A stretch of DNA of 55,216 nt from Campylobacterota bacterium (lineage in GTDB: Bacteria; Campylobacterota; Campylobacteria; Campylobacterales; Sulfurovaceae). The stretch covers positions 1-55,216 of the forward strand of contig JAADFE010000067.1 in NCBI GenBank assembly GCA_013153055.1, written 5' to 3'. Under the pieces are notes generated by a model, which was not told the DNA's origin, did not search any database, and was given only the letters and a program-made list of their open reading frames with translations. The position numbers and the translations under genes are program-made. This document shows, piece after piece, positions 42,117 to 51,737 of this stretch. Position 1 is the first letter of the stretch. Each line of letters begins with the position of its first letter.

Positions 42117-42946
42117 TAAGGACAACGATTTTTCTCATAAACCCCTAATATTTTAAATTTAGTTACATATTTCTTAAGCTCCTCTATGGAGTTTTGGACA
42201 GTTATATCATTGATAGAGCCATCTATATCTATATGAAATCTACTCTCTTGGAGTTTACCTAATGGTATGTAGCTCTCTATTTTTAAAATATTGACACCAT
42301 TTTTAGCAAATCCACCTATAGCTTTATATAGTGCTGATGGGATATTTTTGACTTTGAATATAATAGAGGTTATATATGATTGGTTATCTTTTATAATCAG
42401 TTTTTGTCTGTTTGATAGCACTATAAATCTCGTGAAGTTATCTTTTTGGTCTTGGATATTTGCTTTGAGGACTTTTAGTCCGTATATCTCTGAAGCTAAT
42501 GATGAGGCTATAGCTCCTATTTTTAGATTTCCTAGTTGACTAATCTCTTTGGCTGAACCTGCTGTATCAAACTGTGCTACAGGTTTTATACCCATTTTTT
42601 TTAGACTTTCTCTACATTGGGCTAGACCTTGGGGATGAGAGTAGGCATACTCTATATCTCTAAGACTACTTCCCTCTATACCCATTAGATAGTGTTCTAT
42701 TTTTTGATAATGTTCTCCTACAATTTGTAGTTTCATTTGTGGGATTAGACCATAAAATTCACTTACTCTACCAGCTGTTTTGTTTTCTATAGGAATAAGA
42801 GTAAAGTCAACCTCTCCATCCTCTACTAACTGCATAGCATTTTCAAATGTCTCTGTACCTATGCACTCTATATCTTTTCCAAAATAACCATAACATGCTA
42901 GGTGAGAATATGCACCTGCTATTCCTTGATATGATACCTTTAACAT
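42113..42946 (-). CDS. pheA: Prephenate dehydratase (monofunctional PDT+ACT)
   Basis: YQGIAGAYSH, IPIEN, SHPQGLAQC, DTAGSA, NFTRF, KIESY; GGAGG RBS. Confidence 0.9.
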   Translation of the reverse strand: MLKVSYQGIAGAYSHLACYGYFGKDIECIGTETFENAMQLVEDGEVDFTLIPIENKTAGRVSEFYGLIPQMKLQIVGEHYQKIEHYLMGIEGSSLRDIEYAYSHPQGLAQCRESLKKMGIKPVAQFDTAGSAKEISQLGNLKIGAIASSLASEIYGLKVLKANIQDQKDNFTRFIVLSNRQKLIIKDNQSYITSIIFKVKNIPSALYKAIGGFAKNGVNILKIESYIPLGKLQESRFHIDIDGSINDITVQNSIEELKKYVTKFKILGVYEKNRCPY

Positions 42947-43034
42947 TACATAACCTCCTTGTCCCTTGGAGATTATACATCTTTTATAATAAAAAGAAAC
43001 TAAATATATTTTATAATATTAGAAATAGATATAT

Positions 43035-43994
43035 TTAAACCTTCATCATGCTATCTACTTTTTCTTGAATAAGCTTAAAATCAGTTAGTTTATTTGTTAT
43101 ATGAGTATATGCCTCTTTGTCACTAGAAATTATAGTAGAATGTTTGTCAACAAATAGAAGACTAGGTATATTTTTGGATTTTATTTTTTGTGTTATATCT
43201 TGATGTATAATATCAGAACAGACTTTATCTATTATAATACTATGGTATGTATTAAAATCTATTCCTTTTTTGAACTCTTCTATAGTTTTTGCAACATCAA
43301 CACTATAACCGAGTTTTTCTAGTATAGCACTAATTATTTTAGCTTCTGTTTGAGTTTTTTTGTATAATAAAATATCTTTTGTATCATTACTAACTAGTTT
43401 ATCAGAACAAAACTCTTGTAAAACATCTACAAGTCTATTAAAATCAACAGGTTTTGATACATACTCATCCATTCCCTCAGCTAAAAATTTTTCTCTATCT
43501 CCTTTTAGAGCATTGGCTGTAACTGCTATAATTGGTATATGAGGTAAATTTTTCTCTTTTTCATACTCCAATATAGCTTTGGTTGCCTCTACGCCATTCA
43601 TTACGGGCATCTGTATATCCATAAATATAATATCATAATGGTTCTCTTTTCTCATATCTACACCGATACTTCCATTTGAAGCCATATCACAATCAATTCC
43701 TATATTTTTTAGTGTATATTGAATCATCTTTTGGTTGATTGGGTTATCCTCTACTATGAGAGCTTTTAGATTATTGAATGTAGGTAATTTGTTGTTATTT
43801 TTATTTTTTTGCTTTTTTTTTGTAATGTTTTTAGATTGTTTAGAAGGAGTAGATATTGTATTATTATTTTTGTTCTCTTCGCTAGGAGGAGTAATCTTTT
43901 CATCATCTGTCGTTGTTTTTTTATCTTCTTTTATAAAAAAATGTTTAATATAAGAAAAAAATGATGATAGTGATATTCGTTTATTTTTTTTCAT
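43035..43994 (-). CDS. Response regulator: receiver domain plus degenerate second receiver
   Basis: LIVEDN, IFMDIQMP, VTANA, SKP; low-complexity N-terminus; no kinase domain. Confidence 0.8.
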   Translation of the reverse strand: MKKNKRISLSSFFSYIKHFFIKEDKKTTTDDEKITPPSEENKNNNTISTPSKQSKNITKKKQKNKNNNKLPTFNNLKALIVEDNPINQKMIQYTLKNIGIDCDMASNGSIGVDMRKENHYDIIFMDIQMPVMNGVEATKAILEYEKEKNLPHIPIIAVTANALKGDREKFLAEGMDEYVSKPVDFNRLVDVLQEFCSDKLVSNDTKDILLYKKTQTEAKIISAILEKLGYSVDVAKTIEEFKKGIDFNTYHSIIIDKVCSDIIHQDITQKIKSKNIPSLLFVDKHSTIISSDKEAYTHITNKLTDFKLIQEKVDSMMKV

Positions 43995-44229
43995 TTATAT
44001 TCTCCTCTTAATTTTTATTTTTAAATATAAATTATATCTGAATTATTATAATAATATAGTTACATAATATATCATTTATATTTATTTCTTTATTTGATAA
44101 TATTTTTGTTTAAAAAAATCACAATTTATTTACCTTTATGGAAACAGTAGTTATAATCGCACACTACAAAAAACAGGCTATTAAGTAAACTTTTATCAAA
44201 AATATACTCTCAGCAATCTAGGAGAAGAG

Positions 44230-45135
44230 ATGGGCAAAAAACGGACAATTGGTATGTGGCTTTATCAAAATGGTGGTGGTGAAGCTATTGGTAAAAAAAT
44301 CAAAAAAAAATTAAAAGAGAGAAATATCGAGACTATCGATAATGTAAATCTTCGTCACGCAACAGCAAAAAATGGAAATATAGTACATAATGGGATTAAA
44401 CTAAATAAGCTTGACCTATTCTTTTCTTATAATGCTGGAGAACAGACTCAATATCAAGTATATCTATATCAAGCACTCAACCGTGTAATCCCTATGATAA
44501 ACTCATATGAGGCTTTTAATCTAACAGAAGATAAGTTTCAAACATCATTTGTACTTAGACAAAATGGAATTATGACACCCGATTATAGACTATGTCATAG
44601 AGATGATACAGATGAATTGAGAAGAATAATCAAAAAATGGGATAAAATGGTATATAAACCAACTGATGGTTGGGGAGGAGTTGGACTTACTAAAATAGAG
44701 AGTGAAGCTAACTTGGATATGTTAATGCCGTTTCTAAATCAGATGGATTTGAGATACTTCTATGTTGAGAGATTTGTCAAATATGATAATACAGATTTTA
44801 GAGTAGATATTGTTGATGGTGAATTTGTTGGGTGTTATGGTAGAAAGGCTAGTGGAACAGACTGGAGAACTAATATAACAAGTGGTGGTTCTGTATTTAT
44901 GAGAGAGCCAAATGATGAGATTATCTCTATAGCAAAAAAGGCAGCAAAAGTTTGTGGTGCAGATATTGCTGGAGTTGATATTATTTATGATTTAGAAAAA
45001 GAGAGATATATTGTTTTGGAGGTAAATGGAATACCAGCATTTGCAACACCAGAACAAGAAAAAATGGGACTTGACTTTAATGACAAAAAGATAGACCTAA
45101 TCGTTGAAATGATAGATAGAAAAACAAAAAAATAA
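44230..45135 (+). CDS. RimK/glutathione synthetase-like ATP-grasp ligase 1
   Basis: EDK, KPTDGWGGVG, DFRV, WRTNITSGG, GVD, LEVN motifs; AGGAG RBS. Confidence 0.88.
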   Translation: MGKKRTIGMWLYQNGGGEAIGKKIKKKLKERNIETIDNVNLRHATAKNGNIVHNGIKLNKLDLFFSYNAGEQTQYQVYLYQALNRVIPMINSYEAFNLTEDKFQTSFVLRQNGIMTPDYRLCHRDDTDELRRIIKKWDKMVYKPTDGWGGVGLTKIESEANLDMLMPFLNQMDLRYFYVERFVKYDNTDFRVDIVDGEFVGCYGRKASGTDWRTNITSGGSVFMREPNDEIISIAKKAAKVCGADIAGVDIIYDLEKERYIVLEVNGIPAFATPEQEKMGLDFNDKKIDLIVEMIDRKTKK

Positions 45136-45145
45136 AGGATAGAAA

Positions 45146-46579
45146 ATGGGATTAAGTAATAAAGAGCTACCAAAATTGGGATTTTTATATTTGGATTATG
45201 TTTTAAGATTTTTTGACCACTCAAACTTCAAAGGTTGGCCAAATAAAATAGAGACAGTTACATACCATTGGGGAGATGACAAAGATAGATTTATAGCTGA
45301 AGTCAAAAGAAAAAAGATTGATGTATTGATAGGAAATGTTCCAGCTACTGCTTATGAGACATTTAGAGAGATAGCTAGAGAGTTACCTCATGTTAGATTT
45401 ATACCATCATTAGATACACAGTTTTCCAATAAATCAAAAGAGAATGTAACTAGATTTGCATGGAAATATAATTTGCCAATTCCAAAAACATATATTTATT
45501 ACAATAGAGGAAAAGGTGATACATTTTTAAAAAATACAACCTATCCAAAGATAGTCAAACGCTCTTATGGACCATCTAATTATGGTGGATATTTTGTTCA
45601 TAAAGTTGATTCATACCAAGAGGCTAGAGAGCTATTTGATACAAAAAAATATCATCCAATGTATATCCAAGATTTTGTTCCAATGGAGGCAGATATTCGT
45701 GTAATGTTAATAGGACACAAACCAGTATGTGCATTTTGGAGAAGAGCTCCTGAGGGTGAGTGGCTAACCAATACAAGTCAAGGTGGTTCTATGGACTATA
45801 TGAATGTTCCAAAATCAGTTTTGGATTTAGCTGTAAAGGTTAGTAAATCAGCCAATGCTGAGTATTGGGCTTGTGATGTAGCATATGGCAAAGATGGAAA
45901 AGTGAGAATTTTAGAGTGTGCTACAGCTTTTGCTGCGTTTCCATATATTAGAGACTGGATTGGTCAATATTTGATGTGGTCTCTAAGTAAAGGAAGATTT
46001 AGAAAACCACATATTCCTATGTTTAACTGGGAAGAGCTTGGTAAAATTTCTCCTGATTTATTAAGAACCATGAGACATATCACATTTGGAGAGTATAATA
46101 GCTCTTATGATGGTGCATATTTTGGAAAAAGAAAGAAAATGTATGGAGAGAGTGAAGTTTATCTACATCAACTAGACTCTGTTTATAAAATGTATAATGT
46201 AAAACCAAGAAAATTTGAAGAGTGGCCAAGTGAAAAGTGGAATTATCAAGATAGATTTGCACTCAAAAACCTAAAATCTATGAAAGTACCACTACTAAAA
46301 AAAGAGGAAGCCCCAGAGATAACAGGAGATGAATCAGCTCAATTAATTGAAATTGGGGATGAAGAGTTAGAAGCATTACTACTATCTATTAAAGGTCTAG
46401 GTAAGAAAAAATTGAGTAAAATCCTCTCCCGTTTTAATCATGCCGAGTTGATTAATATTTTAGAGATAGAACCAAGAGTCTTAGAGGATATTAAATCAAT
46501 AGATGAAAAATTGGTTAAAAAGATTTTAAAAGCTTGGAACAGTTACAAAAAGGAGTTTTTACTCTCTTCGGTTAATTAA
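45146..46579 (+). CDS. Divergent RimK-like ATP-grasp ligase 2 with C-terminal helix-hairpin-helix domain
   Basis: DIRV, WLTNTSQGG, ACDV, LECA; C-terminal SIKGLGKKK and DIKSIDEK HhH-like motifs. Confidence 0.8.
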   Translation: MGLSNKELPKLGFLYLDYVLRFFDHSNFKGWPNKIETVTYHWGDDKDRFIAEVKRKKIDVLIGNVPATAYETFREIARELPHVRFIPSLDTQFSNKSKENVTRFAWKYNLPIPKTYIYYNRGKGDTFLKNTTYPKIVKRSYGPSNYGGYFVHKVDSYQEARELFDTKKYHPMYIQDFVPMEADIRVMLIGHKPVCAFWRRAPEGEWLTNTSQGGSMDYMNVPKSVLDLAVKVSKSANAEYWACDVAYGKDGKVRILECATAFAAFPYIRDWIGQYLMWSLSKGRFRKPHIPMFNWEELGKISPDLLRTMRHITFGEYNSSYDGAYFGKRKKMYGESEVYLHQLDSVYKMYNVKPRKFEEWPSEKWNYQDRFALKNLKSMKVPLLKKEEAPEITGDESAQLIEIGDEELEALLLSIKGLGKKKLSKILSRFNHAELINILEIEPRVLEDIKSIDEKLVKKILKAWNSYKKEFLLSSVN

Positions 46580-46605
46580 AGTAGAACTTTTAAATTAGTT
46601 CTATT

Positions 46606-48961
46606 TTATTTTTTTGAATTTATACTAAGTAAAGCAGGTAGTAGTATCAAATCAAAAGCTAATGCTAAATTTAGGGCGATTACTGTTATAAAAGCAAAAT
46701 GGTTATTGGGTATAAAATTACTTACAGCAAATACAATAAATGTAAAAGATAATATAACGGTTGTTAATATCATTGCATTTCCACTATGAGTAATAACATA
46801 ATCTATACTCTTTTCAAAAGATAAAGTTTTGCTTACTTGAAAATATTTACTAAAAAAGTGGATTGTATCATCTACTGCTATGCCTAAAATTACAGAAGCA
46901 GAGATAACAACACCAATATCTATATTTATATCTAAGTAACCCATTATACCAGCAATTAAAATAATGGGTGCTATATTTGGTAATACAAAAATCCATAATA
47001 TTTTTAACTTTTTAAATATTAGTGCCATTGCAATAATAATTACAATTAATGTAAATAATATAGAGACCAAGAGAGTATGAATAACACTCTCTTGCATATA
47101 TGAAAATATTGCTGTTTCTCCCTCTACATTAGCACTATAAATACTATTTTTTTTCCACCATTGTTTAATCCACTCTATCATTTTTATATCTTTAGATGTT
47201 GTTTGAGTGTGACTATAAATAGTCATTCTCAAAAATTGTTCATTTATATCTATTTTATTATTAATGCTCATTCCTTGTGGAATACTCATTGAATAAAGCA
47301 ATAGATATTGTGCTATTAGATTATTATCTTTTGGTATAGTATTACTATGGTTGTTACTTAAGACTTTATTCATTCTTTGAACTATATCTTTAATAGAGCT
47401 TGTAAAAGTAATATTTGGATAGTTATTTTTTAACTCTTTTTCAAACTTGGATACTGTTTTTAGAAATTTTGGATTTTTTACTCCATCTTTAGTTTTCGAG
47501 TCAATAATAATCTCATATACCATAGAACCTGTTATATGTTTTTCAATAAAATCACTACCTGAACGAACGACTGTATTTTTATCAAAATATTTTATACTAT
47601 TGTTATCTATATTAATATATTTTAATCCATATCCTAAAATGAGAATTAATACACTAAAGCTCAATACTATTTTTTTATCATTTTTTCTAATAAAAGCTCC
47701 ATATCCTTTTATATGTGATAGGTCAATTAAGACGATTTTTTTTGGTTTATATGACTCTTTTACAAAAAGTAATAGAGCAGGGGCTAATATAACACTTAAA
47801 ATAAATGCCAAAATAGCACCTATAGTAATAGCATATCCTAGAGTAGAAATAGGGATAATATCACTAAAGCTCAAAGATGCAAATCCTGTAGCAGTTGTAA
47901 ATGAGGTTAAAGCTATGGGTAGAAAATTATTTTTTATAGCACTATATACTGCCTCTTTATTATTAGACTTATTGTAAAACTCTTCGGAATCGGAGACTTT
48001 AGTCCCGAAAAAAGCGAGGCTAAAGCCGTCGGTTCCTAATTTTGCAAGAAGTCTATTATAATTTTTTAATCTATAATATCTCCATGCTAGTAGTAGATGT
48101 AGGGAGTCAGCAATAGAGATAGCTGTTATAAAAGCTGGTATATTTACTGTAAAATTATTGAGTTTATATCCTAGTAAAAATTGCATACCCAAAATTATTA
48201 AAAAAGTATATAGTATTACTATTGCAGGAATAAAAACTCCTACCATATCTCTAAAAAGTATAAATAGAAATAGCATAACAATAATTACTGCTAGAGGCAT
48301 AATATAAATAGCATCATGTTTCGCTACTGTAACTAGAGAAGCTGTTACAGCAGGCATTCCAGAGATATAAATTTTATAGCCATATTTTTTTTCATACTTT
48401 TTAGATAATTTTTCTAAAGCATTCATTACATATATATTTATCTCTTCTTGAGAGGATGAAATTTTATTGTTTAATTTTACTGATAACATTGTAGTTTTGC
48501 CATCAGCAGAGATTGCATTATTTAAAATTAGATTATCTTTTAATGCTATCTCTTTTTTATATTTTAAATCACCTATATCATCTCCATAAATAAAATCTTC
48601 TACACTCAATTCATCGTCTATAGCACTTATATATTGATAGTTACTAAGACTATTGACCTTTCTCACACCATCGATTTTAGAAATATCATCAGTAAGTTTG
48701 AGTAGTACATCTATTGCTTTAGTATTAAATATACCATTTTCATCTCTAAATGCAATTACAAAAGAAAGTGTCGTCTGTACTAAATTTATCTCTAAAATCA
48801 TCATAATTTTTCATAATTTTAGAGTTTGGACTGAACCATATTCGATAGCTACCCTCAAATGCTATATCTTTAATCCAATAACTAAAAAATAGAACAATAA
48901 GTGTTATGAAAATAAAAATATATTTTTTATTCTTATCCAAAAAATTTATATAACCTTTCAT
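46606..48961 (-). pseudogene. MMPL/RND family transporter with a frameshift near 48765 and an in-frame mobile insertion
   Basis: N-terminal 71-aa ORF (TM + YRIWF) continues in another frame; ISIADSLH, GIAVDDTIH and LLPALL MMPL motifs. Confidence 0.78.
47966..48053. mobile_element. 88-bp MITE-like element with REP-like palindromic core
   Basis: TIRs GACTTATTGTAAAA / GACTTCTTGCAAAA (12/14); flanked by TATTA direct repeat (47961-47965, 48054-48058); core repeated at 9060-9134. Confidence 0.8.
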
Positions 48962-48976
48962 AATATTATATCCCCC

Positions 48977-50149
48977 TTAAAAAAAATATTTTATGCCCAT
49001 AATTATACGAGTATGGTTTGATAATTTAGGATAAGTTTTAAAATCATTAGAGAAATGAAGAGCCTCTCCAGATAAAACTAAACTATCTATCAATCTACTT
49101 TTGATTTCTAATTTTGAAATTATTTCATTATTTTGAGTATCTTTTAAAAAACCTATTTTTAATTCACTATCTTTTGTATTATTTATAGCAAATCTTAATG
49201 CCATAAAAATATCATTATTATAAAGTTCACTAATATCTACATTTTTAAGTTTATGGTTATTTAAATAATCATAATAGTAGTACTCTAAATAGAGTGAAAT
49301 ATCTATATTATCAATATTATAAAAACCATTTTCAAAACCAAATCCAAGTTGTCTATAGTTACTCATTTTATTTTCATTTATTATATCTGTATATGAACTT
49401 TCTATCTTAAAAATAATATCATTATATATTATATTGCTAGAGAGCATAATCTTATTTACTCGATAAGCATATTGAGTTATTTTTCCATCTAATGGAGCAA
49501 AATATCTTTTATTATCATATCCATTTTGAAAAATTATATTGGTGTCACTTTCAAGATTTTCATCGGTTGAGAAGTTATATTTTATATATGTTGTTGGAGA
49601 ATATCTATTATTTATCTCTAATTTTTTATTATAAGGTAGGGTAAAAAAATAGTATGGACTTTTGTTATCCAAATAACTATTATCCTCTTCATACACCTTT
49701 GTTCCTATTTCAATATTGCTATTTTCTTCAAACTTTTTAGCAATAAGTGACCATGCACCTTTTTTTTGACTTTTATCAAAAATATCTAATATAGTATTTT
49801 TGGAATTAAAAACATCAATAATATTATAACCTTCAAGTTCTCCCCAAAATAGAACTTGTTTTCCTATTTTAAAAGTATATTCTCTATTTTCTAGTGTTGT
49901 ATATAGTTCATTAAAATATAGGTCTCTCTTTTTTTTATAATTTTGACTATAAAAAAAATCTATCTCTGTATTTAATTTCCATTTCTCTTTTTTTAAATCA
50001 AATATAGCTTTTCCTCTATTTAATATATCGTTTTGGCTATTACTATAGGAGATATAATCACCTCCTATATCTCCTTTGATTTCAATATTATCATTGGCGA
50101 AAAAGATTTGAGTAAAAAAAATAGTCTTTATTATCCATCTCCATATCAA
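48977..50149 (-). CDS. Outer membrane beta-barrel (DUF1302-like) partner of the MMPL system
   Basis: ELY...KIGKQVLFWG motif, terminal YFF; located in the MMPL operon. Confidence 0.65.
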   Translation of the reverse strand: MIWRWIIKTIFFTQIFFANDNIEIKGDIGGDYISYSNSQNDILNRGKAIFDLKKEKWKLNTEIDFFYSQNYKKKRDLYFNELYTTLENREYTFKIGKQVLFWGELEGYNIIDVFNSKNTILDIFDKSQKKGAWSLIAKKFEENSNIEIGTKVYEEDNSYLDNKSPYYFFTLPYNKKLEINNRYSPTTYIKYNFSTDENLESDTNIIFQNGYDNKRYFAPLDGKITQYAYRVNKIMLSSNIIYNDIIFKIESSYTDIINENKMSNYRQLGFGFENGFYNIDNIDISLYLEYYYYDYLNNHKLKNVDISELYNNDIFMALRFAINNTKDSELKIGFLKDTQNNEIISKLEIKSRLIDSLVLSGEALHFSNDFKTYPKLSNHTRIIMGIKYFF

Positions 50150-50892
50150 TTTAATACCCTTTTAGAGACATCACTATTATTAATAGGTAGATGAATTTTT
50201 TCTGATTTCCAAATTAATTTTGAACTTTTATGATTTTGAATATTTTCAATATCTATCTCAAATATACGCCAAATATTATCTATTTTTTTATATTTAGGAA
50301 AGGAAATTTTTTTTAAAAGTTTTCCATTTTTATTATAATATTCACCAAAACGAATTAAATAATTGTCTGTATCTATCCAAACTATCTGTTTTGAATATCC
50401 ACTATGTTTATCAATAGGTATTCTAACTATTTTATAATAGTTTTTTCCATCTTTTGTAACTATTTCAGCTTCATTTGGATAAGTATAATTTTTATAATTA
50501 ATAGAAGAAATATCTTCATAAGAGAATTCACTTCCAACAAATGAACCAGATTTATTACGGGAACTAATTCGTTTAATTCTTTTAAGTGCAGGTAAATAGA
50601 GCCACTGTTTATCATCTTTACCTATTACTTCAAAACTTAACAGCTTTGTTCCTTTTATATCATTAGGATATAAAAACTCTATATAAGATTTATCTCCATT
50701 TTCTCCCTCTTTTCTTATTACTTTTAATTTTCGTTCATTTTTTGTACCATTAGCACTTTTTAAAATCATTAGACTTATTGCTTCACTTCCTCCATAACCA
50801 CTAATTGCTTTAAAAGATTTTTCTGCTATATCTTGTGCTGATTGTGCAAAAAGAACTACTGTTATTAGTGAACTTATTATTATCTTTTTCAT
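50146..50892 (-). CDS. LolA-like outer membrane lipoprotein-sorting protein (DUF1329-like)
   Basis: P.DIKGTKLL, QWLYLPALKRIKRISS, SFVGSEFSYED; start moved to MKKII (50892) behind GGAG. Confidence 0.85.
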   Translation of the reverse strand: MKKIIISSLITVVLFAQSAQDIAEKSFKAISGYGGSEAISLMILKSANGTKNERKLKVIRKEGENGDKSYIEFLYPNDIKGTKLLSFEVIGKDDKQWLYLPALKRIKRISSRNKSGSFVGSEFSYEDISSINYKNYTYPNEAEIVTKDGKNYYKIVRIPIDKHSGYSKQIVWIDTDNYLIRFGEYYNKNGKLLKKISFPKYKKIDNIWRIFEIDIENIQNHKSSKLIWKSEKIHLPINNSDVSKRVLN

Positions 50893-50916
50893 AATTTTAA
50901 CTCCAATTTTAATTAA

Positions 50917-50964
50917 GTAAACAATGTTAACATAATAAGCCTTAGAAGTAATCATCGTTTACTT
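50917..50964. promoter_or_regulatory. Two putative TetR operators in the divergent promoter
   Basis: GTAAACA-A-TGTTAAC (50917-50931) and AAGTAATCA-T-CGTTTACTT (50946-50964). Confidence 0.55.
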
Positions 50965-50990
50965 TTAAAAATTATTATTTTTTTGTTATA

Positions 50991-51599
50991 ATGAAGACAA
51001 TGAAAAAAAATAGTTATCACCATGGCAATCTAAAGGCAGAACTGCTATCTATAGCTTTTGATTTTATATATAGAGAAGATATAGATAAACTTACACTTAA
51101 AGTACTTGCAGATGCTACTAATACATCTCGCTCGGCAATATATAAACATTTTTCATCAAAAGATGAATTAATAAAAGAAATTATAAAAAAAGGATTTGAT
51201 GAATTTGATAATGCTATTGTTCCCATATTAAATGATAAATCACAAGATTTAAAAGAGAGATTTTTTAAAGCTTCATACTGTTATATTAATTGGGCAAAAG
51301 AAAATCCAAATTTATATAGACTTATTTTTGGTAAAAAATATGCTTATATTAGAGAAGCTTTTGTTACTATTCGTAGTGAAAATTGTAAAGGATTTATAGC
51401 ATTAAAGGCACTTATTGAGGAAGGACAAAAGAAAAAAATTATAAAGAGTGAAGATAGTTTTACACAAGCCATTGTTATTTGGGCTTCTTTACATGGTTTA
51501 TCTTCATTAATTATTGATTGTTTTAATGATGTTAATGAGATATATGAAGATATACTTAATCAAATGCAATCTAATTTATTAAAAGGATTAATCTATTAG
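50991..51599 (+). CDS. TetR/AcrR family regulator (WHG-type C-terminus)
   Basis: YHHGNLK, HTH SAIYKHFSSK, WASLHG; true start may be ATG 51000. Confidence 0.92.
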   Translation: MKTMKKNSYHHGNLKAELLSIAFDFIYREDIDKLTLKVLADATNTSRSAIYKHFSSKDELIKEIIKKGFDEFDNAIVPILNDKSQDLKERFFKASYCYINWAKENPNLYRLIFGKKYAYIREAFVTIRSENCKGFIALKALIEEGQKKKIIKSEDSFTQAIVIWASLHGLSSLIIDCFNDVNEIYEDILNQMQSNLLKGLIY

Positions 51600-51619
51600 T
51601 TAAAATAATGGATTATTTT

Positions 51620-51659
51620 TTAAAGGTTAGGTAAGAAGAAATTGAGTAAAATCCTTTCC
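51620..51659 (+). repeat. Decayed duplicate of ATP-grasp ligase 2 3' region (46389-46429)
   Basis: TTAAAGGT-TAGGTAAGAAGAAATTGAGTAAAATCCTTTCC vs TTAAAGGTCTAGGTAAGAAAAAATTGAGTAAAATCCTCTCC. Confidence 0.8.
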
Positions 51660-51737
51660 TAATTTAAATTATGTTGGGATTGGTTATAAAAATATTTCAT
51701 TCGTTTCATAGCCATCAAAACTGTATAAAGGAAGAGT

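Noticed and set aside
44230-46579. Graspetide (ATP-grasp RiPP) cluster
   Set aside because: No precursor peptide with repeated core motifs was found nearby; ligase motifs are RimK-like
47447-47977. 176-aa plus-strand ORF and the many other short ORFs nested in longer genes (e.g. 1785-2021, 6300-6716, 9392-9619, 23967-24746, 39591-39871, 53612-53893)
   Set aside because: They lie antisense to or inside well-supported genes, with no recognisable motifs
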